A DNA stretch of 64,000 nt from a virus (lineage: Duplodnaviria; Caudoviricetes). The notes below the pieces were generated by a model. It had not been told where the DNA came from. It saw only the letters and a program-made list of their open reading frames with translations, and searched no databases. The stretch lies in the IMG/VR virus record IMGVR_UViG_3300033177_000258; one strand, 5' to 3'. Made by a program: the position numbers and the translations under genes. Position 1 is the stretch's first letter, and each line of letters starts with the position of its first letter. Positions 45,270 through 53,341 of this stretch are shown here, in pieces.

Positions 45270-45284
45270 CCCGGAGTGAGATTC

Positions 45285-46133
45285 ATGAGCAACCCCAACC
45301 TGCACCCTGAAGTAGTCGTAGTGCCCGCCCCCACAACTGAACCAGAAGAGATGCGTCAAGGCTTCCCCTTCGAGGGAGACATCCCCCAGAACGCGTTCGC
45401 GTCCGTGACCTTCAGCGGCTACGAGCACGACCCACAGAACCGTGTCGTCTGTCGGCGCAAAGGCGACTTCCTGCGCCCCGTGCCAGCCGACTTCAACCGG
45501 CGCTTCACCATCCACCCCAAGGACCTCACCCAGTGCCTGGCCATGGACCTGCTCATGGACCGATACCTGGAGGGCGTCCTGCTGACGGGGCCGGCCGGCA
45601 GCGGAAAGACGTTGCTCTCTCTGGCGGCCGGAGTGGCCCAATGCGAAGCTGGTCACTATGAGGAGATTCTCTACGTCAAGCCCCTGGTCACCATCGGGAG
45701 CAAGGAGCTCGGGTTCTTCCCAGGCTCCATCTGCGAGAAGCTGGACGAATGGGTGCAACCCATCTGGGAGAACATGGAAGTGATTCGCCCGGACTACAAC
45801 CCCTACGACGACCGCGACGAGCTGGTCGTGCCCATCGCCCTGCCCTACTGCCGGGGCCGCACGTTCAGGCGCTCTTACATCATCCTCGATGAGGCGCAGA
45901 ACATCACCCGGCACGAACTCAAGTCCATGATTACGCGCTGTGGCGAGGGCACCAAGCTGGTCCTGCTGGCCGACGTGTCGCAGATAGACAATGCCGAGCT
46001 CAAGCTCGACGGGGACGACTGCGGCGCCGTGCTTGCCAAGAAGGCGTTCTTCGGCGAGCCAGTCTTCGGCTGCGCCGAACTGGAGCAGTGCTACCGCAAC
46101 GGGCTGGCTCGGCTTGCGGTCGAGCGCCTGTAG
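45285..46133 (+). CDS. phoH: PhoH-family ATPase
   Basis: GPAGSGKT, ELGFFPGSICEKL, RGRTF, ILDEAQN, ITRCGEGTK, D.SQID. Confidence 0.93.
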   Translation: MSNPNLHPEVVVVPAPTTEPEEMRQGFPFEGDIPQNAFASVTFSGYEHDPQNRVVCRRKGDFLRPVPADFNRRFTIHPKDLTQCLAMDLLMDRYLEGVLLTGPAGSGKTLLSLAAGVAQCEAGHYEEILYVKPLVTIGSKELGFFPGSICEKLDEWVQPIWENMEVIRPDYNPYDDRDELVVPIALPYCRGRTFRRSYIILDEAQNITRHELKSMITRCGEGTKLVLLADVSQIDNAELKLDGDDCGAVLAKKAFFGEPVFGCAELEQCYRNGLARLAVERL

Positions 46134-46140
46134 AAAGCAT

Positions 46141-46168
46141 CAGGGGCGCCCCGTCTGGGGCGCCCCTG
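46141..46168. terminator. Perfect GC hairpin between convergent genes
   Basis: CAGGGGCGCCCC-GTCT-GGGGCGCCCCTG between phoH and the Ro60 gene. Confidence 0.7.
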
Positions 46169-46204
46169 TCGTGTCAGCTTCGTTGTCGGCTACTCGGCCG
46201 GCTC

Positions 46205-47938
46205 TTAGCCGGGCTCCCCGCATCCGTTGTTGTCAGGGCCCTTGTAGGTGGCCGTGGCAACCTTCCTGATGTAGTCCTCCACGTCCTTCACCATACCATC
46301 CCGCCGCCATCCCCCGAGCAGCTTGAACATGGAGTCGTTCATGCCGGAGAGCTCCAAGACCCACGGGGCCTCCGGGAAGTCCAGGGTGCCGTAGCCGCCC
46401 AGGCACACGTTGACCAGCTTCATGCCGGGGTTGCGGTGCCGGAGCATCTTCAGAGGCTCGCTCTGGAACACCGTGTCGCCCCGGTAGTACGCCTGGCACG
46501 GGCGGGTCTCCCCTACCTGCTTGCGCGGCACGCGCTGGGTGCCCGGCAGCCAGCTCTCGTTGTCAGTCAGCGCGAACACCATGTCGTACTTGTTACCCGT
46601 CAGGGCTCCTTCGTACAGGGCGTTGGTGACCGACGTGGCACCCCCAGCCTGCGGGATGGCGTCCATGATGGCGCCGATACCGTAGGACGGGTCCACATTG
46701 ACGCGGAACGCGCGGTTGTTGTAGGCGATGATGTCCGCATGGTCGGACTTCTTGTAGATGGCGGCCGCGAACAGGGCGGCGATGTCGCGGAGGCAGCGTT
46801 CGCTCTTCTCCGATACCTTCTCGTCCATGCTACCGCTCACATCCACCAGGATGAGGGCATTGCCAACCTCCGGGATGTTGCGGCAGGAGCGTACCATGGC
46901 TTCCTCCAGCGCCAGGATGGCGTCGCGGTAGCGTCCACCAGTGATGGTGCCGCTGGCTGCCTTGAGCGCCTCACGCGCAGAGTAGAAGCGGTACGGGAAG
47001 ACCAGGCCGTCAGCCGCCGCCATGATGCGGTCGCGGTCTACCGGCAGGTCGGTCATCTGCAGGATGGAGCGGATGTTCATGACGTAGGCCATCGGCTGCA
47101 TTGAAGCCGCAGCCATGGTCCAGGCTTCCTTGGTGCGCCCGAACTTGGACGTGATGTTGTTCCAGGCCGGCCCGCGCGCGATGTCCGCCACGCTCTCGAT
47201 GTCCTCAGCCAGGTCCACGCGGAACTTGTTCACCACGTCGGTGAGCCCGCGCTCCTGGGCCCACGCCATGTCGAACGTGCGGCCCTCGGCCTCGAAGTTG
47301 ACCAGCCAGTCGAACAGTGCTTCCTGCTCCGGCGAAGTCGGCTTCGGCCGGCTGATGCGGATGGCGTCGCGCATCTCGATGGACCGGGAGCGGCCGTGGT
47401 ACTTGATGGCATCGTACTGCGTGATGCGCTGCAGGCGCTGGGCCAGGAGACGCAGCATGGAACGCGGCATGACACCGCTGTTGCCCGAGAGCATGTTGTA
47501 GGCTGCCAAGAGCTCGGCCGGCTCGTCGGCGCGGCGCAACACCTTCATCCCGAACTCGCGCATCCAGTTGACGGTCTTGCCGCCGATGACGCACGTCTTC
47601 GGAGCCAAGGTCTGCTTCCAGTACGGGTGGGTGGCCATCATGGCCGTCAGGAAGACCGGCATGGCACGGAGGCCCAGCTCATTGCGCAGGTAGGCCGCCA
47701 ACCCCATGACGTACTCGGGGCGGTGCTGGCCCAGCGGGCCGTGCACGATGGCGCGAATCTGGTCCATGAGCTGGTCGCCCTGCTGGTAGTAACGGTCCTC
47801 CACGAAGTTCGTGGCCGTCATGAGCAGGAGCTTCTTCTCATCGGTCTGGGGCTCCCAGGCCGGTCCCCCGGCCAGGTTGCGGGTGTTGGTGGCCGGGACT
47901 ACTGAGCCCAGGCCGCGCGTCGTGGTTGTTGCCTTCAT
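46205..47938 (-). CDS. rsr: Ro60 orthologue (TROVE plus vWA domains)
   Basis: TRNLAGGPAW, LAAYLRNELGLR, RADEPAELLA, IKY...MRDAIRISRPKP, A.VMNIR, FPYRFYSA; vWA MIDAS LVDVSGSM and LTDNESW. Confidence 0.93.
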   Translation of the reverse strand: MKATTTTRGLGSVVPATNTRNLAGGPAWEPQTDEKKLLLMTATNFVEDRYYQQGDQLMDQIRAIVHGPLGQHRPEYVMGLAAYLRNELGLRAMPVFLTAMMATHPYWKQTLAPKTCVIGGKTVNWMREFGMKVLRRADEPAELLAAYNMLSGNSGVMPRSMLRLLAQRLQRITQYDAIKYHGRSRSIEMRDAIRISRPKPTSPEQEALFDWLVNFEAEGRTFDMAWAQERGLTDVVNKFRVDLAEDIESVADIARGPAWNNITSKFGRTKEAWTMAAASMQPMAYVMNIRSILQMTDLPVDRDRIMAAADGLVFPYRFYSAREALKAASGTITGGRYRDAILALEEAMVRSCRNIPEVGNALILVDVSGSMDEKVSEKSERCLRDIAALFAAAIYKKSDHADIIAYNNRAFRVNVDPSYGIGAIMDAIPQAGGATSVTNALYEGALTGNKYDMVFALTDNESWLPGTQRVPRKQVGETRPCQAYYRGDTVFQSEPLKMLRHRNPGMKLVNVCLGGYGTLDFPEAPWVLELSGMNDSMFKLLGGWRRDGMVKDVEDYIRKVATATYKGPDNNGCGEPG

Positions 47939-47960
47939 TGTATCACCTTTCCTCTAACAC

Positions 47961-48076
47961 AAACGGGGCCCTTGCTAACTGATGACGAGAAGAGAAGCGG
48001 CGGCGATGTTGCCGTTCTTACCGAGTGATGTAATCGCAGCCTACTGCTACGTCGTCAGCTAGCAAGGACCACGTTT
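47961..48076 (-). ncRNA. Y-RNA-like hairpin, unit 1 (closest to rsr)
   Basis: Sense GACG-UAGCAGUAGG-CUGCGAU-UACAUCA...AUCGCCG-CCGC..CUCGUC with a long closing stem; same scaffold as units 2-5. Confidence 0.75.
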
Positions 48077-48096
48077 GGCAATGTGGGACCTGCTGC

Positions 48097-48224
48097 GTTC
48101 GTGGGCTGTGCTGGCTCATCGGCGAGGATGGGAGCGGCGGCGACGTGGTATCGGTCTCGATTAGCAGTCGGGTGATGTAGTCGCAACCTACTACTACGCC
48201 GATAGGCCAGCACAGCCTACGAAC
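48097..48224 (-). ncRNA. Y-RNA-like hairpin, unit 2
   Basis: GGCG-UAGUAGUAGG-UUGCGAC-UACAUCA...GUCGCCG-CCGC..CUCGCC; closing stem of about 28 bp; internal CGA-CUGCUAA-UCG hairpin. Confidence 0.75.
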
Positions 48225-48230
48225 AAATGC

Positions 48231-48382
48231 GTTACTGACGAGAATGGATGGCGGAAACGACGAACAGTTTTACTCTACCAACTGAGCTACCGACCGGCGT
48301 TGCCGGTGGGCTGGACTCGAACCAGCGACCTTCACTTACCAGGGTGATGATGTAGTCGTTTCCTGCTACTACGTCAGTGAAC
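48231..48382 (-). ncRNA. yrlA: YrlA-type Y RNA with circularly permuted tRNA-like domain, unit 3
   Basis: Sense order: scaffold, T arm GCUGG-UUCGAGU-CCAGC, loop-closed acceptor-like stem, D arm UAGCUCAGUUGGUAGAGU, scaffold; upstream of Ro60. Confidence 0.88.
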
Positions 48383-48389
48383 AAGCTGA

Positions 48390-48566
48390 GGGACGAGAAC
48401 GGGGTGGCGGCGCCGAGAGTGTATCGGCCGCACTGAGGGTGCGGTTGCTCCCCACTGGAGCACGGTTCCCCATACAGTCTGGGAACCAATGGTTCGAACC
48501 TTAGAGTGATGTACTCGACTGGTTCGAACCTTAGAGTGATGTACTCGACACCTACTACTACGTCCC
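48390..48566 (-). ncRNA. Y-RNA-like hairpin, unit 4 (multi-hairpin cargo)
   Basis: GACG-UAGUAGUAGG-UGUCGAG-UACAUCA...CUCGGCG-CCGC..CUCGUC; three internal hairpins (GGUUCCC/GGGAACC, UGCUCC/GGAGCA, CCGCAC/GUGCGG). Confidence 0.75.
48490..48549. repeat. Exact 30-bp tandem duplication within Y-RNA unit 4
   Basis: TGGTTCGAACCTTAGAGTGATGTACTCGAC x2. Confidence 0.97.
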
Positions 48567-48576
48567 AAAGACGGTG

Positions 48577-48703
48577 AACCGGACGAGATTGGATGCGGTA
48601 GCGAGGGAACGCGATGGTCGCCTGAGCGGCCACACCTCTAAAGCCCCGTGGGGGCTCCGATTGCAGAGATGATGTACTCGCTGCCTACTACTACGTCCAG
48701 GTT
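48577..48703 (-). ncRNA. Y-RNA-like hairpin, unit 5 (promoter-proximal)
   Basis: GACG-UAGUAGUAGG-CAGCGAG-UACAUCA...CUCGCUA-CCGC..CUCGUC; internal hairpins AGCCCC/GGGGCU and UGGCCGC/GCGACCA. Confidence 0.75.
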
Positions 48704-48732
48704 GTTTGTAATGGTTCACGTGCGACAGGTGC

Positions 48733-48761
48733 ATTGTAGAGACGCCGGCGATGCTTGTCAA
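48733..48761 (-). promoter_or_regulatory. Near-consensus sigma70-type promoter for the Y-RNA/rsr operon
   Basis: TTGACA (48761-48756), 17-nt spacer, TACAAT (48738-48733). Confidence 0.8.
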
Positions 48762-48821
48762 GACCCTTTCTGCAAGTTTCTGCAAGAATCTTTCCGAGCC
48801 GCCAGCGGGCACAGGACAGGA

Positions 48822-48853
48822 GAAGTATTCCATGCTCGGCGCGGTAGTGTCAA
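48822..48853 (-). promoter_or_regulatory. Second upstream promoter containing the GGAATACTTC motif
   Basis: TTGACA-N18-AATACT with TG at the extended -10 position (GCCGAGCATGGAATACTTC). Confidence 0.55.
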
Positions 48854-48877
48854 AGTTTTTGCGGCCGACCCGCCTTG

Positions 48878-49338
48878 TAATATGTCTCGTGGGGACATAT
48901 TACCGAGCCTAATATGTCTCGTGGGGACATATTACCGAGCCTAATATGTCTCGTGGGGACATATTACCGAGCCTAATATGTCTCGCGGAGACATACTACT
49001 CGGGTCCATCGGGCTTAATATGTCTCCTGGGGACCAATTGAAGATGGTAAGAAAACGCTAAATGGTCTCGTGGGGACATATTACCGTGGCTATTTTGTGA
49101 AAATCAGGTAAGGAACTGGTAAGACGCCTGTCCGGGCGCCCAGATTGGGCAGGTGGCGTAAAGATACATAAATAGACGCAGAAATGCTCTCTGCCCAACA
49201 AGCCCCTGAGCCCCAGGGGCTGAGCACGTTTCTCCGAAGAATCGGAGAGCCCCATTGTAATATGTCCCCACGAGACATATTAACCCCCAAAGCTGGCCTC
49301 CCATCCGAGAACCTAATATGTCCCCACGAGACATTCAA
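48878..49338. repeat. Eight copies of a 25-bp quasi-palindrome; candidate origin iterons
   Basis: TAATATGTC-TCGTGGG-GACATATTA starts at 48878, 48910, 48942 and 48974 (32-bp period, last degenerate), at 49016 and 49059 (degenerate), and inverted at 49258 and 49314. Confidence 0.92.
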
Positions 49339-49539
49339 AAAAACGCAACAAACAGAGCCAAAAGTACAGGATGACCAGCCAAACCTGTACACTAAATTGT
49401 GTCCAAACTCGGAACTTGGAAGAGAAATCACCTAGAGGAATCTCTTTATTGGGATGTATCCCGAGAAGTAGTAGGTAGAATCCTACTAGGCCATCCAGCT
49501 CCCCCCAACAGTCTCATCGGAGAATCTCCAAGAAACCCC

Positions 49540-49568
49540 TTGCAACCTACCCGACCCTGTGGTATAGT
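49540..49568 (+). promoter_or_regulatory. sigma70-type promoter for the replication module
   Basis: TTGCAA-N17-TATAGT with extended TG; RBS AAAGGAGGA and ATG 49591 follow. Confidence 0.65.
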
Positions 49569-49590
49569 TCGCCCCAAAGGAGGAAGCCCA

Positions 49591-50040
49591 ATGCCATTCA
49601 TCCCAGACATTCCCCCGACCGTTCCCACCTACATCGCCGGCTGCGCCACGCTCGGCGGGGTCGCGCTCGGCCTGGTCATCCAGCAAGTGCTGCGCCGCGT
49701 GTTCGGCAAAGCACGGGGAGACGCGGATGCCAGGAAGCTCGCCAAGGCCATCTTCGCTCTGTTGAAGATGGCGCTCCCGGCCGGCAGGGTCAGGAAGCTG
49801 GCGAGCCTGGTGGCCAAACTCCTGGCAGCGTTGCATGCTGACCACAGGAGCGACTTGGCCACGCTGGCCCCCGCCCGGAAGCGGGGCATCAGTGAGCTGG
49901 CTATAGCATACGAGGACATCGAGCTCACGGCCAAGGAGGAGCGGGCCATCCAGAACATCCTGACGGCGGCCATCAATGTCCCGCAGGCGGGCGTGTTCTG
50001 CGAATTGGCGCTGCGGGTCCGCTCACAACACCAGGCATGA
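49591..50040 (+). CDS. Hypothetical protein with N-terminal hydrophobic helix
   Basis: Strong RBS; YIAGCATLGGVALGLVI; ATGA overlap with the next gene. Confidence 0.6.
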   Translation: MPFIPDIPPTVPTYIAGCATLGGVALGLVIQQVLRRVFGKARGDADARKLAKAIFALLKMALPAGRVRKLASLVAKLLAALHADHRSDLATLAPARKRGISELAIAYEDIELTAKEERAIQNILTAAINVPQAGVFCELALRVRSQHQA

Positions 50041-51521
50041 GAACCTTCTGGGCGTCCTCCCCTTTGGCGCTGGCTTCCTTCTTCTGGCTGACCAAGGAGT
50101 GGTCTGAGCAGGACCTTCCCCTTCGCAACATCGAGGTCGCGGTGACAGACCCCGCCCGCTTTGCCGAGGTTGGCAACAAGGAAGCGGCCGGTACCGAGAA
50201 CTCTGCGCGGCTGGGGTTGGCTCAGCGCATCAAGCTCCTGCGCCGCGACCGGCTCATTGATGGTTGCTGGTACAGGTGCGCATCGTGCTACCGCGAGATA
50301 GCCGCCTACAAGCGGGGCCGGGCGTTCCCCTGCAAAGGCTGCGGGAGCGCCGACCGGGTGCTGACGGTGCGGCTGAACCCTGCGGCGGTAGAAGAGCTGC
50401 TGGGTACGCACAAGATGCGCAGCCGCGTCCACCCGCAACAAGTGGCGCCCCCGCCCGAGCTCTTCCCGACTGTCATACCCGGCATCACTGTGCCCGAGAA
50501 GAGCGCGTATGAGCGCATGGTGACTGGGGCCAACATCCCGCCCCAAGAGCAACTGCCTCCGGGTTGGCGGCGGAACGACGACGGCTGGCCGGTGAACCCC
50601 CAGGAGCAGGTGTGCGACCCTCGCACGCTCCAGCCAATCCCTCCGGCTCTTGTCCCGCAGACCGTAGGCGTGCCGGCGTCCCCGGCCAGTCTCGCCGAGG
50701 TTCAGCCAATCCACATGATGGCGGCTGACCCGCAGGGCATCGAGCGGGAGCGGGCCGTGGGCAACCTGGAAGCGCTGGCGGCGACCGGGGCTCCGGGAGG
50801 ACTTTCTATCCCCCTGCCGCAGCAGTTGTCCACGCCGCCCTGGGTGGGCAAGCTGGACGATGCGCGTACTCTGGTGGCCGGGGCCATGGAGACCGGCCGG
50901 CCCTGGCTTGAACTGGGCGGCTCGCTCGGTCTCTCCACTGACGGCTCAGGTATCATCAGCACCAACATCTACGGCCCGTCATGGCCGCATGACAGCAAGT
51001 ATGTCCCCGGCGTCACCGAAGCAGTCGTGCAATGCAGCATGGGTTGGCTCGGAGGAAACTACTCCGACAAGAAGCTCGCCGCTCTGCCTGGCTCATTGAA
51101 GAAGTCGCGGCCGCTCAACCCCTACGAGCAGACGGGGTTCTGGGCGCCGATGTCCAGCTATGTCGCGCAGCAGGAAGCGCTGTGGGGCTTCCGCCTACCA
51201 GTCGAGCTGCCCTACATCTACTCGTGGTTCAACACCAAGCTCAGCCCATCGGAAGAAGTGCTGGTCTACTGGGATTGGATGATGCAGGCCATGACCATGG
51301 CTGGCAGACCTCTGACGGTAGACGCCGAGCAGGAGTGGTTGGACCTACCTGCTGCGCGCTGGGTCCACGAACGCCTGCGGGAAACCACCTCCATCGAGAC
51401 CGACAACTACCCGCACGTCATCGTGCTGGGCATGGTCAAAGCGCTGGCCAACGCGGTGACCATTCACGACATCGGCCGCATCCTGCGGGGCGACAAGCCC
51501 ATCTACGATAGCTATGACTGA
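50037..51521 (+). CDS. Hypothetical protein with Zn ribbon; candidate origin-binding/initiator protein
   Basis: CASC...CKGC motif, helical N-terminus, Pro-rich linker; first large gene next to the palindrome cluster. Confidence 0.5.
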   Translation: MRTFWASSPLALASFFWLTKEWSEQDLPLRNIEVAVTDPARFAEVGNKEAAGTENSARLGLAQRIKLLRRDRLIDGCWYRCASCYREIAAYKRGRAFPCKGCGSADRVLTVRLNPAAVEELLGTHKMRSRVHPQQVAPPPELFPTVIPGITVPEKSAYERMVTGANIPPQEQLPPGWRRNDDGWPVNPQEQVCDPRTLQPIPPALVPQTVGVPASPASLAEVQPIHMMAADPQGIERERAVGNLEALAATGAPGGLSIPLPQQLSTPPWVGKLDDARTLVAGAMETGRPWLELGGSLGLSTDGSGIISTNIYGPSWPHDSKYVPGVTEAVVQCSMGWLGGNYSDKKLAALPGSLKKSRPLNPYEQTGFWAPMSSYVAQQEALWGFRLPVELPYIYSWFNTKLSPSEEVLVYWDWMMQAMTMAGRPLTVDAEQEWLDLPAARWVHERLRETTSIETDNYPHVIVLGMVKALANAVTIHDIGRILRGDKPIYDSYD

Positions 51522-52224
51522 GTTTGATGCGCAACTGGCGGCAATGGCGGCGGTCGCCCTTTCCGACCCCGAACACGGGGAGGCCTTGGCGTGGCACGTG
51601 GTCTCCCTGCAGGCAAACCAGGAGCCGCTCTTTGTGCCGGTAGGAAGGGGCGACCTGGCGAAGCTCCGTGCGCTGCGTCGCGATAGGGTCGGAGAGGTAT
51701 CCGACATGCGTATGGCGCGGCCACCTTTCTGTCTGTTAGCCAAAGCTCAACTGGGGGAGACCCCATGCGCGCACTACCCGGCTTTGGGTGAGCTCCTCTT
51801 ACAGCAGCCGGCCGGCACCGTCTACAGCCCGCTTTGCCAAGCGCTCGGGATGCCAGACGAACACCTGGCCGCCAGGATGGCATGGCGGGCCGTCTGGGGC
51901 TGTATCTACGAAGCGGTGACGGCCTGCACCAAAGGCTGGCAGCCGGACGGCGAGGTTTGGATGGTGGGCCCCTGGGCCAAGCTCACGGCGATGGTCTGGG
52001 AGACCCCGGTCTTCCCGGTAGAGTACCCGGTTTTCTTGGAGAAGGCAAGGCAGCAGGCGAAGGCTTCTTGGTTGAAGTTTCTGCAAGAAACAAAAAGTGC
52101 TTGCACAAGAAGCGCCCCCCGTGTTATATTCGACCCCATCGCAGTTGACTGTCGTCGTCTCAGCATAGAAGGCACACGTTTGCTGAGAAGTGCGGGGGTC
52201 CTTATCCGGCGAGAGATAGCATAG
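51514..52224 (+). CDS. Hypothetical protein
   Basis: Overlap-coupled ORF in the operon. Confidence 0.55.
   Translation: MTEFDAQLAAMAAVALSDPEHGEALAWHVVSLQANQEPLFVPVGRGDLAKLRALRRDRVGEVSDMRMARPPFCLLAKAQLGETPCAHYPALGELLLQQPAGTVYSPLCQALGMPDEHLAARMAWRAVWGCIYEAVTACTKGWQPDGEVWMVGPWAKLTAMVWETPVFPVEYPVFLEKARQQAKASWLKFLQETKSACTRSAPRVIFDPIAVDCRRLSIEGTRLLRSAGVLIRREIA
52101..52130 (+). promoter_or_regulatory. Possible internal sigma70-type promoter
   Basis: TTGCAC-N18-TATATT with TG extension, preceded by an A-rich tract. Confidence 0.4.
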
Positions 52225-52225
52225 A

Positions 52226-53341
52226 ATGCAGACACGCGACGAAGCAACATTCTTCGGCGGCCCTAACAACAGCCCACGACGGCAAGTCTTCTGGAACGCC
52301 CATCGGGTTCTCAAGGAACTCAGTGGGCAAGGGCCAGATTCGTGGGAAGAAGTAGTGGAAGCCGGTTTCAACCGAGGGCTGGACAAGCTCATGGCCCCTC
52401 TAGCCACCGCGCTTGAAGCCCACGGTGAAGAGTACGTGGTGGCGTTTCTGGAAAGGCTCGCTCCTACCAGTGGCCTCCACACCTATAGCAAGACCTCCCT
52501 GCGCGACCTCATCGCGCGTTGGGCGGCGGCGTTCACGGCGTCCGTCAGCGCTGCTGCCTCCCAGGCACCGACTGGCGCCCTGGTCCTCTCAGAACCCAAA
52601 CCCGACGACGCGCGCAGCATCATCAGCGCCACCTACAGCCAGTACGAACTACTGGGCGCGCTGCTGCAACTCGTGCGAGACAAAGCCAAGCGCGGCGGCG
52701 TTGAAGTCCTGGATGGGCTGGGCCCGCCCTGGTTGGAAGCCCGGCTCTGTCACTCTCTTTGCATCAAGTCCCCCCGCAACCTGATGGACGCCATCGCTTA
52801 CATCGAAGGTCTTGATGGTGGCGGGAGCTCTCTGGTGAGAACCGGGGAGGAAGAACGGTACTTCCTGAAGACGGCCTACCAGCAAGCGTTCGGCATCTAC
52901 GTCTGCGAGCGCTGGGCGACGGGCATCATCGAAGTCACGGATGCCCCCGAGGAATCGTCAGTCATCATTGCCGGCAAGGTGGATGTTGACGTGTCCCAGC
53001 CCTACATCACCAACCTGTTCTCTTCCACCTACCTGACGGTCGTCAAGAGCTGGTGTGACCTTTGTCGCACGCACAACGTGCACGTTCAGACAGCCACATT
53101 CGTCGCCTACTGCCGGCTGTACGGCGGGGCGGCCATGGAGAACATCGTCGGCCACATGGAGGACAAGGGGCAGTTCCCCTCCGCCCACATGATTCCTCGC
53201 GTGGCCTACGAACTGTACGGGGAGAACCCTTGGGTCATCGCTCACAACAAGGTTAAGGAGCGCATCAACCTACTTGCGAACGAGGCCCCCGTGGGTCTCA
53301 TGGAGTTGCTTAATGGCGCAGTCCGCTTTCACACCACCTAG
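52226..53341 (+). CDS. Hypothetical protein upstream of the helicase (loader-like position)
   Basis: 371-aa ORF with genome-typical codon usage; no motif recognised. Confidence 0.6.
   Translation: MQTRDEATFFGGPNNSPRRQVFWNAHRVLKELSGQGPDSWEEVVEAGFNRGLDKLMAPLATALEAHGEEYVVAFLERLAPTSGLHTYSKTSLRDLIARWAAAFTASVSAAASQAPTGALVLSEPKPDDARSIISATYSQYELLGALLQLVRDKAKRGGVEVLDGLGPPWLEARLCHSLCIKSPRNLMDAIAYIEGLDGGGSSLVRTGEEERYFLKTAYQQAFGIYVCERWATGIIEVTDAPEESSVIIAGKVDVDVSQPYITNLFSSTYLTVVKSWCDLCRTHNVHVQTATFVAYCRLYGGAAMENIVGHMEDKGQFPSAHMIPRVAYELYGENPWVIAHNKVKERINLLANEAPVGLMELLNGAVRFHTT

Noticed and set aside
45285-46133. Functional link between PhoH and the Ro60/Y system
   Set aside because: The genes are convergent and separated by a strong hairpin; phoH is common in large phages, so adjacency alone is not evidence.
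48272-48345. Canonical tRNA gene
   Set aside because: The T arm precedes the D arm, the acceptor stem is loop-closed and there is no CCA; it is a permuted mimic.
48232-48633. 133-aa minus-strand ORF across the RNA array
   Set aside because: It overlies co-varying RNA stems, and its peptide repeat merely reflects the 30-bp duplication.
47961-48703. CRISPR-like repeat-spacer reading of the five-unit array
   Set aside because: The conserved parts are two complementary, co-varying halves enclosing structured inserts of unequal length, which fits RNA hairpins next to Ro60.
48878-48998. CRISPR array (palindromic repeats at regular spacing)
   Set aside because: The intervening sequence is an identical 7-mer (CCGAGCC), not unique spacers; there are inverted copies and no cas operon.
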